A stretch of DNA of 64,000 nt from Thermodesulfobacteriota bacterium (GTDB taxonomy: Bacteria > Desulfobacterota_D > UBA1144 > Nemesobacterales > UBA2774), in the NCBI GenBank assembly GCA_963422265.1, contig OY729416.1:1696001-1760000 (forward strand), given 5' to 3'. The translations under genes were made by a program, and so were the position numbers. Positions 40,394 through 49,286 of this stretch are shown here, one piece after another. The notes below the pieces were generated by a model. It saw only the letters and a program-made list of their open reading frames with translations, had not been told where the DNA came from and did no database searches. The stretch's first letter is position 1; each line of letters begins with the position of its first letter.

Positions 40394-41152
40394 ATGTATA
40401 AGCAAGCATCCGTCTGTCTTATAGGGATTCTTTTACTCACAGTTAGCTTATCGAACTCCTCTAGGGCGCAGGCGCCGCAAGGACTTGAGGCGAAACCTGG
40501 AAACGAAAAGGTGAAGTTGGAATGGGATTATCCTAATGACGACAACATCGTTAGTTACGCGTTCAGGTTTTGGAGTTATGACGAGGAAACTGGCAGGAAC
40601 CATGACCAAGTCTATAAGGGCATTCCGGAAAGTGATAAGAACACAACCACGTACACGGTGAGTAGGCTGTACAACGACCTAGAGTATGGATTCCGCATCT
40701 GTGCGGTGTATGAGAACGTGGTGTGTGATAAAGATGCTCCGGGATTTGTTGAGTCCGGTCCCGCCTACGCGACACCAACTTCGACGTCGGTTTTGCCACC
40801 GGATAAGGCTGAGGAGCAAGATTCACCACCAGATAGGGCTAATGAGCAGGATTCACCACCGGATAGGGCTAACGAGCAGGATTCACCACCGGATAGGGCT
40901 AACGAGCAGGATTCACCACCGGATAGGGCTAACGAGCAGGATTCACCACCGGATAGGGCTAACGAGCAGGATTCACCCCTCCCAATGAACGATAGCGGAA
41001 GCAGCGGGGGCTGCGCTCTTATTGGTGTAGGTGTAGGCGGAGAGGGTGAAGAAGGCGCTGGATTTTTAGCTATTTTATTTTTATTAGCGCTAATCCCCTC
41101 AGTTCGTATTTATAGGTCGAGGTTAGGCGGCTCAAGCAGCCCCTTGTTGTAG
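40394..41152 (+). CDS. FN3 surface protein family B, copy 3, with a 10-aa tandem-repeat stalk
   Basis: Near-identical to copy 2 plus five extra PPDRANEQDS units (30-bp repeat, ~40796-40977). Confidence 0.88.
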   Translation: MYKQASVCLIGILLLTVSLSNSSRAQAPQGLEAKPGNEKVKLEWDYPNDDNIVSYAFRFWSYDEETGRNHDQVYKGIPESDKNTTTYTVSRLYNDLEYGFRICAVYENVVCDKDAPGFVESGPAYATPTSTSVLPPDKAEEQDSPPDRANEQDSPPDRANEQDSPPDRANEQDSPPDRANEQDSPPDRANEQDSPLPMNDSGSSGGCALIGVGVGGEGEEGAGFLAILFLLALIPSVRIYRSRLGGSSSPLL

Positions 41153-41164
41153 GGGTAATTACCT

Positions 41165-42375
41165 GTATCCCTCTCCCAGGGGGGAGAATATGAGGAATGT
41201 TTTCGTTCCCTGATGCCCTATCAAATCCCCCTATATCCCCCTTTTCTAAAGGGGGAGTATGTGATGAATGTTTTCGTTCCCCGCTGTCTATCAAATCCCC
41301 CTGTATCTCCCTTTTCTAAAGGGGGGAGAATATGAGGAACGTTTTTCGTTCCCCGCTGTCTATCAAATCCCCCTATATCCCCCTTTTCTAAAGGGGGAGT
41401 GTATGAGGAATGTTTTCGTTCCCCGCTGTCTATCAAATCCCCCTATATCCCCCTTTTCTAAAGGGGGAGTGTATGAGGAATGTTTTCGTTCCCCGCTGTC
41501 TATCAAATCCCCCTATATCCCCCTTTTCTAAAGGGGGAGTGTATGAGGAATGTTTTCGTTCTCCGCTGTCTATCAAATCCCCCTGTATCCCCCTTTTCTA
41601 AAGGGGGAGTGTATGAGGAATGTTTTCGTTCCCCGCTGTCTATCAAATCCCCCTGTATCCCCCTTTTCTAAAGGGGGAGTGTATGAGGAATGTTTTCGTT
41701 CCCCGCTGTCTATCAAATCCCCCTATATCCCCCTTTTCTAAAGGGGGAGTATATAAGGAAGGGGTTCATTCCCCGCTGTCTATCAAATCCCCCTATATCC
41801 CCCTTTTCTAAAGGGGGAGTGTATGAGGAATGCTTTCGTTCTCCGCTGTCTATCAAATCCCCCTATATCCCCCTTTTCTAAAGGGGGAGTATGTGATGAA
41901 TGTTTTCGTTCCCCGCTGTCTATCAAATCCCCCTGTATCTCCCTTTTCTAAAGGGGGGAGAATATGAGGAACGTTTTTCGTTCCCCGCTGTCTATCAAAT
42001 CCCCCTATATCCCCCTTTTCTAAAGGGGGAGTGTATGAGGAATGTTTTCGTTCCCCGCTGTCTATCAAATCCCCCTGTATCCCCCTTTTCTAAAGGGGGA
42101 GAATATGAGGAAGGGGTTGCGTTCCCCGATGTCTATCAAATCCCCCTGTATCCCCCTTTTCTAAAAGGGGAGTATGTAAGGAAGGGGCTCATTCCCCGCT
42201 GCCCCGTCAAATCCCCCTGTATCCCCCTTTTCTAAAGGGGGAGAATATGAGGAAGGGGTTGCGTTCCCCGATGTTCTATCAAATCCCCCTGTATCCCCCT
42301 TTTCTAAAGGGGGAGTGTATGAGGAAGGGGTTCGTTCCCCGCCCCTCTTACTGTATTCCCGCTCGGGGGCAGGAA
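41165..42375. repeat. Tandem array of 16 x ~70-bp hairpin units
   Basis: Unit ccgctgtctatcaaatccccctatatcccccttttctaaagggggagtgtatgaggaatgttttcgttcc; cores at about 41220, 41290, 41361 ... 42277. Confidence 0.95.
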
Positions 42376-42528
42376 TGGTAGGGTGGCGCATCCATCTGGA
42401 AAGGTGACTGTTTCCTTTTATGATAATGGTTGATAGCGTATAGTATGATAAAATAGCCCTTATCTAATATAGGTTAGGGTCATTTGTCATGACCTAGTGG
42501 GGTGAGCTGGCTTGTTTGGTTACTAACT

Positions 42529-43323
42529 ATGGGAAAGGTTATATGCGTCGCAAATCAGAAGGGGGGGGTTGGAAAGACAACCACGGTGATAAATCTTGCC
42601 GCTTCGTTAGCCGTAGCCGAGAAGAAAACGATGTTTATAGACTTTGATCCTCAGGCTAATGCAACTAGCGGGGTCGGTCTGGATAAATCTAATCTAAGTC
42701 GTCAGACTATATATAATGCAATAATCGGTGCAGTAAGCCTAAGGAACATCGTATTAGAAGTAGAACCTGAGCTGCTTAAAGGCTATCTGTCCATAGCCCC
42801 CGCGAGCCCAGACCTTACAGGGGCGGAAATAGAGCTAATGCACTTTGACGATAGAGAGTGGAAGTTAAGGCAGGTGGTGGAAACGATTTCGGATGAATAC
42901 GATTATATCTTTATTGATTGTCCTCCATCGCTTAGCCTGCTGACGGTAAACGCCCTGGTGGCGGCGGATTCGGTTTTGGTTCCGGTGCAATGCGAGTATT
43001 ATGCGATGGAAGGGCTTGGACAATTAACGCAGACTCTCTCTCTTGTTAGGCAGAGGCTTAACTCTTCCCTAAGCGTGGAAGGCTATCTGCTAACTATGTT
43101 TGATTCCAGAAATAAAATCTGCCACACGGTGGTGAGCGAGCTGAGGAATTATTTCGGGAGTGAAGTATTTGACGTTATAATTAATAGAAACGTCCGGCTT
43201 GCTGAGTCTCCAAGCCATGGCAAGCCCGCGTTGCTTTACGACGTTAAATCAGTCGGGGCGCAAAACTATATTGCGCTGGCGCGTGAGATTGTGGCGAGAA
43301 ACGCGGGTGGGGTGGTGAATTGA
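42529..43323 (+). CDS. parA: Chromosome partitioning ATPase ParA/Soj
   Basis: ANQKGGVGKTTT, DFDPQANAT, IDCPPSL, PVQCEYYAMEG, RNVRLAESPSHG. Confidence 0.96.
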   Translation: MGKVICVANQKGGVGKTTTVINLAASLAVAEKKTMFIDFDPQANATSGVGLDKSNLSRQTIYNAIIGAVSLRNIVLEVEPELLKGYLSIAPASPDLTGAEIELMHFDDREWKLRQVVETISDEYDYIFIDCPPSLSLLTVNALVAADSVLVPVQCEYYAMEGLGQLTQTLSLVRQRLNSSLSVEGYLLTMFDSRNKICHTVVSELRNYFGSEVFDVIINRNVRLAESPSHGKPALLYDVKSVGAQNYIALAREIVARNAGGVVN

Positions 43324-44219
43324 AAAAAGCTACTTTGGGTAGAGGGCTTGATGCTTTAATCCCTAAGGAAAACCCGTTCTTGAAGGGGAGCAAGAATAAA
43401 ACGGATGGATACGTCTATGCTAAAATTACCGATATAAGACCCAATCCGAATCAACCTAGAAGAGATTTTGCGGATGAATCGCTTGTAGAGCTTGCTTTGT
43501 CTATCAAGGAGAAAGGGGTTCTACAGCCCTTGGTCGTAAAGCCTGTGGTCGAACCTGATGAAGAAAGAGCTATGGGTGGAGGCGGCGCAAGATATGAGAT
43601 TATAGCGGGCGAGAGAAGATGGAGGGCGGCGCAAAGGGCAGGGGTTGCGAAAGTTCCTATCGTAGTAAAGGAGATTCTCGATGGAGAGGTGCTGGAGCTT
43701 GCTTTGATTGAGAATCTTCAACGTGAAGACCTAAACCCGATGGAAGAGGCTATGGCTTATCAACAGTTGATAGAAGGTTTTGGATTGACCCATGATGAAG
43801 CCTCTAGACGAATAGGGAAACATAGATCGACGATAACCAATCAGCTAAGACTTCTAAAACTTCCGGACGAGGCAAGGCGCGCATTGATCAACGAAGAAAT
43901 AACGGCTGGTCACGCAAGGGCCATGTTGAGCCTTGACTCTCACGAAAAGATTAACGAGGCGCTAGAGATTATACGTAAGCGCGGTCTCTCGGTTAGGGAG
44001 ACAGAAAGCCTTGTCAGGAAAATGTCCAGAATCAAAAGAGGCCAAACCAACGACCCTCAAGAGGATAGGCTCATTAAGCGTATTGTAGATGATCTTAAGA
44101 AATCGCTTAGCACACAGGTAAAGATTCTAAATAAAAACGGCAAGGGCAGGATAGAGATAGAGTTTTATTCAGAAGACGAGCTTGAGAGACTTTGCGGGGT
44201 TTTATTGGGCAATTTATAA
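43320..44219 (+). CDS. parB: Chromosome partitioning protein ParB/Spo0J
   Basis: LGRGLDALI, PNPNQPR, IIAGERRWRAA, ENLQREDLNPMEEA. Confidence 0.96.
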   Translation: MKKATLGRGLDALIPKENPFLKGSKNKTDGYVYAKITDIRPNPNQPRRDFADESLVELALSIKEKGVLQPLVVKPVVEPDEERAMGGGGARYEIIAGERRWRAAQRAGVAKVPIVVKEILDGEVLELALIENLQREDLNPMEEAMAYQQLIEGFGLTHDEASRRIGKHRSTITNQLRLLKLPDEARRALINEEITAGHARAMLSLDSHEKINEALEIIRKRGLSVRETESLVRKMSRIKRGQTNDPQEDRLIKRIVDDLKKSLSTQVKILNKNGKGRIEIEFYSEDELERLCGVLLGNL

Positions 44220-44279
44220 AGAGTGTCTCAGTAAAATGCGCTCCTTAGAAAACACCCGATAGAAAACACTCAGCGAAAA

Positions 44280-44531
44280 GTGAAAGACTACAAGGTTAAG
44301 ATAGAGATAAAGCTAAAGCCAGTTGTTCTTGATCCACAGGGTAGGGCCGTGCTTACAGCTCTAAGGAACCTCGGCTACGATGAGCTTCAGGACGCCAGAA
44401 TCGGCAAGCTAATAGAGCTTAAGGTAAGGGATGATGACCCCAAGAACGTCCGGCTCCGCGTCAACGATATGTGCTCGAAACTGCTTGCTAATCCCGTAAT
44501 AGAAGATTTCACGGTAAGGGTAGAAGAGTAG
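44280..44531 (+). CDS. purS: FGAM synthase subunit PurS
   Basis: [18 protein letters not shown]. Confidence 0.95.
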   Translation: MKDYKVKIEIKLKPVVLDPQGRAVLTALRNLGYDELQDARIGKLIELKVRDDDPKNVRLRVNDMCSKLLANPVIEDFTVRVEE

Positions 44532-44532
44532 A

Positions 44533-45240
44533 ATGCTTAAGTTTGGGATAGTATCGTTTCCGGGGTCCAACTGCGATCACGATTGCTACCACGTTATAAA
44601 ACGCGTATTGGGACAGAGCGCGGAGCTAGTATGGCACGGGCTGACCGACTTAGCCCCTTATGATTGCATAGTGATACCGGGAGGGTTTTCTTACGGTGAT
44701 TATCTGAGAACGGGCTCAATCGCAAGCCTATCGCCTGTAATGAAATCCGTCCTGAGCTACGCCTCTCGGGGTGGTCCAGTCATAGGCATATGCAACGGGT
44801 TTCAGATACTGGTGGAATCGGGGCTTTTGACTGGGTCGCTTATGAAAAACGCCTCTCTCAAATTCGTATGTAAACAGGTTAACGTTAGAGTGGAAAACAA
44901 TCAAACGCCGTTCACCAACCTTATGAAGGTCGGAGACGTTTTAAGAATCCCTATAGCTCACGCCGAAGGAAATTATTATTGCGGCGTCCAAGACTTAAAA
45001 TCTCTTGATGAAAACTCGCAGGTAGTTTTCAGATATTGCGATGATAGAGGTGAGACTACGCCGGAGGCTAATCCTAATGGGTCGATGGAAAACATAGCTG
45101 GAATATGCGATGAAAATGGTAACGTTCTCGGTATGATGCCCCATCCTGAAAGGAGCTCCGAAGAGCTTTTAGGTGGACGGGATGGAAGATTCATATTTGA
45201 GTCAGTAATATCGTGGCTCGAGGGAAAAAGCGCGTCGTGA
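44533..45240 (+). CDS. purQ: FGAM synthase subunit PurQ
   Basis: [34 protein letters not shown]. Confidence 0.96.
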   Translation: MLKFGIVSFPGSNCDHDCYHVIKRVLGQSAELVWHGLTDLAPYDCIVIPGGFSYGDYLRTGSIASLSPVMKSVLSYASRGGPVIGICNGFQILVESGLLTGSLMKNASLKFVCKQVNVRVENNQTPFTNLMKVGDVLRIPIAHAEGNYYCGVQDLKSLDENSQVVFRYCDDRGETTPEANPNGSMENIAGICDENGNVLGMMPHPERSSEELLGGRDGRFIFESVISWLEGKSAS

Positions 45241-45366
45241 GAGTTCTAATCCTGTTTTTGGTACGTTTTGTGTATTTTTCTATAAGGATATAGTAACACG
45301 TAACAGCTTTGGAGCGTTATAATAATTTAGAAAGAAGGGTTATGTATAAGCATAAGGGAGGAAGCA

Positions 45367-45859
45367 ATGCCTACAGTCGGAGTTCATGACGTAGCGAGGT
45401 ATATTCTAGAATGGTTCGATTCTAAGGGTGAGCAAATTAGTACATGGAAACTTCAAAAGTTGGTGTACTATTGCCAAGCATGGTCTCTAGTGTGGGATGA
45501 TAATATTTTATTTCCAGAAGAGATACAAGCCTGGACGGATGGTCCCGTTTGTCCCGCCCTTTATGCAATGCATAGGACTAAAGTACATGCTTACTCCAGA
45601 TGATATATCTGGTGATCCCACAAAATTCACAATGGATCAGAAAGAGACGATAGATGCAATCCTCAATGATTATGGAAAGAGAGATGGACGCTATTTAAGC
45701 GATCTCACTCACATGGAAAGACCGTGGCGAGAAGCTCGTAAAGGGTTAGAACCTTTAGAACGGGGCAGTTCTATCATTGATCCTAATACTATGGTTGATT
45801 ACTATGGTGGTTTAATTGAAGCGGAAGAACCAGCAGAACCAGAAAAGACGCAAACATAG
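45367..45859 (+). pseudogene. Panacea/SocA (DUF4065) antitoxin, frameshifted
   Basis: KLQKLVYYCQAW...IQAWTDGPV in frame 1 and LSDLTHMERPW in the overlapping frame; shift near 45575. Confidence 0.8.
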
Positions 45860-46285
45860 TAGCGATGATTCCCTAAAAAAGCGTTCTAAATCTTCGTCTA
45901 ATTCATCTTCTCAGAATATAAACAAAGAGAGATTTTCGTGGTCCTCTAAAAAAGTTGATTTAGATGGAATATGGGGTTGGAATGTTGGAATAGTGTAGAG
46001 ATAGAGGTGTTATTGAAGAATATCATTCCAAAACTCCAAAATTATGAGACCATGACGTGGGGCAAAATTATAGGAAAAGAAAGTCATTTTATTAAACCGA
46101 GTAAGTGCTCTAAAGAAGCTCAAAAACGCTTGAGTGATACTACGTTAGAGAACACTGAACAGCTATTTTCACTACGCATAGGTTCTGAAGCACGTATATT
46201 TGGAATAAAAGAATCGGGAATGCTTTACTTACTTTGGTGGGATCCTAAGCATCAAGTTTATCCTGTTGAGAAAGGGAATGCATGA
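45816..46285 (+). pseudogene. Putative cognate toxin (RelE-like pattern), frameshifted by an 8-bp duplication
   Basis: gttggaat duplicated at 45976-45991; removing one copy fuses 45816-45998 with 45971-46285 (WGWNSVE); LFSLRIG..RIFG...LLWWDPKHQV. Confidence 0.65.
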
Positions 46286-46384
46286 GACTTTTCGCCTCTT
46301 TTTCTTCCTTTCTTTCACCGCTTTAGAATACGTTTCCCTTATTAAGTCTAATAGGTTTGAAATAAAATCAAATACCCTTGCTTC

Positions 46385-46915
46385 TTTGTAGGGGTAACCT
46401 TTGTGGTTAGCCAATCCTTGCGCGCCTTAGGGCAACCATCCTTCAACAGGTTCAGGACAGTGCTAGGGTCGCCGCCCCCTACAGACAAACAAGAAAATCC
46501 ACCCTAACCCTCCTTTACAAAAGGAGGGGAATATCCTTTCTAACTCCTGAGCTTGCCTAATGATAAAGCGCAACCGAGAAATCTTGTCTTTTCCCCCTTT
46601 CCCTCTGGGAGAGGGACACAGGGTGAGGGAGTTTCCATCATTCCCGCCCCCGAGCAGGAATCCGGAAAGAGGGTCTAGGAACGAAAACATTCCTCATATT
46701 CTCCCCCTTTAGATAAAGGGGGCTATAGGGGGATTTGATAGGCGTCGGGGAACGAGAGTCCCTTCCTTATCCCCCATCTCCCTACTTAAGTAATATACAC
46801 AGGGAGATGCTTCCGCAGGAATGACGGACAGGGGAATATCTCTTTCTCCCCCTTTAGATAAAGGGGGCTATAGGGGAATTTGATAGGGCAGCGGGGAACG
46901 AACCCCTTCCTTGTT
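46385..46915. repeat. REP mosaic
   Basis: Largely the reverse complement of the mosaic at 39930-40230. Confidence 0.85.
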
Positions 46916-47115
46916 GTGGCTTATTTTGGCATAACTGCTTTTCCATAATTTTACACGCCGTAAAATTCTTGGTTACTTGGTTATATGATAAGGCTGAAAA
47001 ATCAGTTTTCTCGCCTTTGTGGTGCGATTTTTGGTGATTGTGTGTAGATAAATAGATAAATGAGCCATCTTAAGACCCATCTTTTCAATAAAATGTAGAA
47101 TTTACAGAAAGTTGC

Positions 47116-47144
47116 TTGACAGACTTCATACGGTTTTATATAGT
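47116..47144 (+). promoter_or_regulatory. Sigma70-type promoter of the dcw operon
   Basis: TTGACA-N17-TATAGT upstream of mraZ, followed by a GTGGTATAAAGTAG.. MraZ-box-like sequence. Confidence 0.7.
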
Positions 47145-47520
47145 GGTATAAAGTAGCGTAGAATGGTAGAAGGTAGAATAGTAGAGCATAGAATGGCTGG
47201 CGTAGAATAGTAGAGCATAGAATAAGGCATAGAATAAGGCATAGAATAAATTGTGAAGTGGGAAGTGGACGGAAGGCACATAGACTGACTGGCGTTTAGG
47301 GGAGGACTTCAAGTGCCCCCCGCTGTTACTATCTGTTTTTGAGGTGGAGTTTTAATACCCTGTTCATCGTTCGTCATTACTGCGTTCGTCATTACTGCGG
47401 GGGGGGCGGGAACGGCAAAAGCACCCTTACCCCTGCTCTCTCCCTGGTTCGACAAGCTCACCAACCGAGGGAGAGGGTGAAAAGACGAGGTAGAAGTAAC
47501 AGAAACTAAAGGGACGCTCC

Positions 47521-47967
47521 TTGTTTAGAGGTAGATACGATCATACGATGACGGATAAGGGGAGGCTGAGTATTCCCGCGAGGTTTAGGGACGTGTGTAG
47601 GGGAAAATACGGTGAGGACGCGTTCATCGTAACTAATTTCGACAGATGCCTGATCGCATATCCCCTAAAAGAGTGGCACGAGATGGAGAAAAAGGTATTG
47701 GAGCTTCCTCAATTCAAACAAGAGGTCATATCGTTTTCGCGATACTTGATAGGCAACGCCGTAGATTGTCCGCTGGATGGGCAGGGCAGGATATTAATTC
47801 CCCAGCCGCTGAGAAGCCACGCACGCATCAGTCGCAGCGTAACAATGATAGGAATGCTCAATAAAATAGAGATTTGGTCTAAGGAGATTTGGGACGAAGA
47901 GCAGTCGGAGAAGGATTACACAGAGTTTATGAATAGTAGAGAGCTGCTCACCGAACTGGGCTTATAA
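47521..47967 (+). CDS. mraZ: Transcriptional regulator MraZ
   Basis: DKGRLSIPARFR, DGQGRILIP, IEIW. Confidence 0.95.
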   Translation: MFRGRYDHTMTDKGRLSIPARFRDVCRGKYGEDAFIVTNFDRCLIAYPLKEWHEMEKKVLELPQFKQEVISFSRYLIGNAVDCPLDGQGRILIPQPLRSHARISRSVTMIGMLNKIEIWSKEIWDEEQSEKDYTEFMNSRELLTELGL

Positions 47968-47982
47968 AAGGTAGCGAAGGTC

Positions 47983-48942
47983 ATGGGCAACGCTGTTTTA
48001 GACGTGAGAGCACCGACGCATAAATCGGTTATGCGTAAGGAAACGATTGATTATTTGATAACCCGTCCAGATGGTTCTTACGTTGACGCTACCTTGGGGC
48101 TTGGTGGGCATTCCAGATCAATATTGGAATTTACTAACGATAGTTGCCGGGTTATCGGGCTTGACGTTGACGAGCGAGCCATTGAAATCTCGATGGAAGG
48201 GCTCTCTGGGTTCGGTGGCAGATTTATCGCGCGCAACGACAATTTTTCAAATATAGACGGGGTTCTTACGGATTTGGGGATAAGGAAGGTCGATGGAATA
48301 GTTGCGGATTTGGGTGTCTCTTCTTTTCAGATAGAGTCAAGCGGCAAGGGGTTTAGTTTTAATAGAAACGAACCTCTTGATATGAGAATGGATTCGAGGA
48401 TCAAGTTCACTGCCGCTGACCTTGTGAATGAAATGAGCAAGGATGCGATTTCTGATATTTTAAAGTCTTATGGAGAGGAAAAATGGGCGAGCAGGATAGC
48501 CAAGAGAATCGTGGCGCGTAGAAAGGACAACGTTATCAGAACGTCGGGCGAGCTCGCCAAATTGGTTTCTAGCTCAATTCCCATAAAGTTCCAACCCGCA
48601 AGAATTCATCCAGCGACCAAAACTTTTCAAGCCTTTAGGATCGCCGTTAATAACGAGCTTAGGAGCCTTGAGGAATTTATCGGAAAATCCATCTCTCTTC
48701 TTAGCTCGGGTGGGCGTTTGGTAATAATTTCTTTTCACTCTCTTGAGGATAGGCTGGTGAAAAGCCAATTCAGGCTATTAGCGTCTTCCTGCGTGTGCCC
48801 TCCCGCTATGCCAGAGTGTGGGTGCGCTAAGCGGAGCGTCCTGAGGACGCTGACCCGTTCGCCTATAACCCCCACTCCTCAGGAGTTGTCCGATAATCCA
48901 CGGGCGAGGAGCGCAAAAATGAGGGTAGGGGAAAAAATATGA
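47983..48942 (+). CDS. rsmH: 16S rRNA m4C1402 methyltransferase
   Basis: DATLGLGGHS, DLGVSSFQ, PLDMRMD, HPATKTFQA, FHSLEDR, NPRARSAK. Confidence 0.96.
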   Translation: MGNAVLDVRAPTHKSVMRKETIDYLITRPDGSYVDATLGLGGHSRSILEFTNDSCRVIGLDVDERAIEISMEGLSGFGGRFIARNDNFSNIDGVLTDLGIRKVDGIVADLGVSSFQIESSGKGFSFNRNEPLDMRMDSRIKFTAADLVNEMSKDAISDILKSYGEEKWASRIAKRIVARRKDNVIRTSGELAKLVSSSIPIKFQPARIHPATKTFQAFRIAVNNELRSLEEFIGKSISLLSSGGRLVIISFHSLEDRLVKSQFRLLASSCVCPPAMPECGCAKRSVLRTLTRSPITPTPQELSDNPRARSAKMRVGEKI

Positions 48943-49286
48943 TCATGTCGCGCGCTAACGCTATAAGAACCAAGGATAGGGGTAAGTCACAGGCGCTAGG
49001 GTTATTGACGCCATTTATAGCCCTTATCCTTTTTGTTTCAGCGCTTTTGCTTTGTTACATCGGAATAAAAGCCGAGTCTATAAGGCTCGGTTATGAAATA
49101 TCGCGAAATAATAAGAGGGTTGTAGAAATGCAGAAGGAAAATCAGATTCTTGAATCCGAGCTTATTAAACTAACCTCGCTGTCCGCCCTTGAGGCTTTGG
49201 GTATAAGGATGGGCTTTAAGTTTCCGACTCAGGGAGACGTTATATACTTAGAGCAAAGGACAGTTACGCGTATTGTAGGAAGATGA
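48939..49286 (+). CDS. ftsL: Cell division protein FtsL
   Basis: TM helix plus leucine-zipper segment; sits between rsmH and ftsI. Confidence 0.8.
   Translation: MIMSRANAIRTKDRGKSQALGLLTPFIALILFVSALLLCYIGIKAESIRLGYEISRNNKRVVEMQKENQILESELIKLTSLSALEALGIRMGFKFPTQGDVIYLEQRTVTRIVGR

Noticed and set aside
35011-41152. Diversity-generating retroelement behind FN3 variation
   Set aside because: Differences between copies are not adenine-specific, are spread along the gene, and no reverse transcriptase is in the window.
41165-42375. CRISPR array
   Set aside because: The ~70-bp period is CRISPR-like, but the intervening sequences are near-identical rather than unique spacers, the unit is dispersed across the window, and no cas genes are present.
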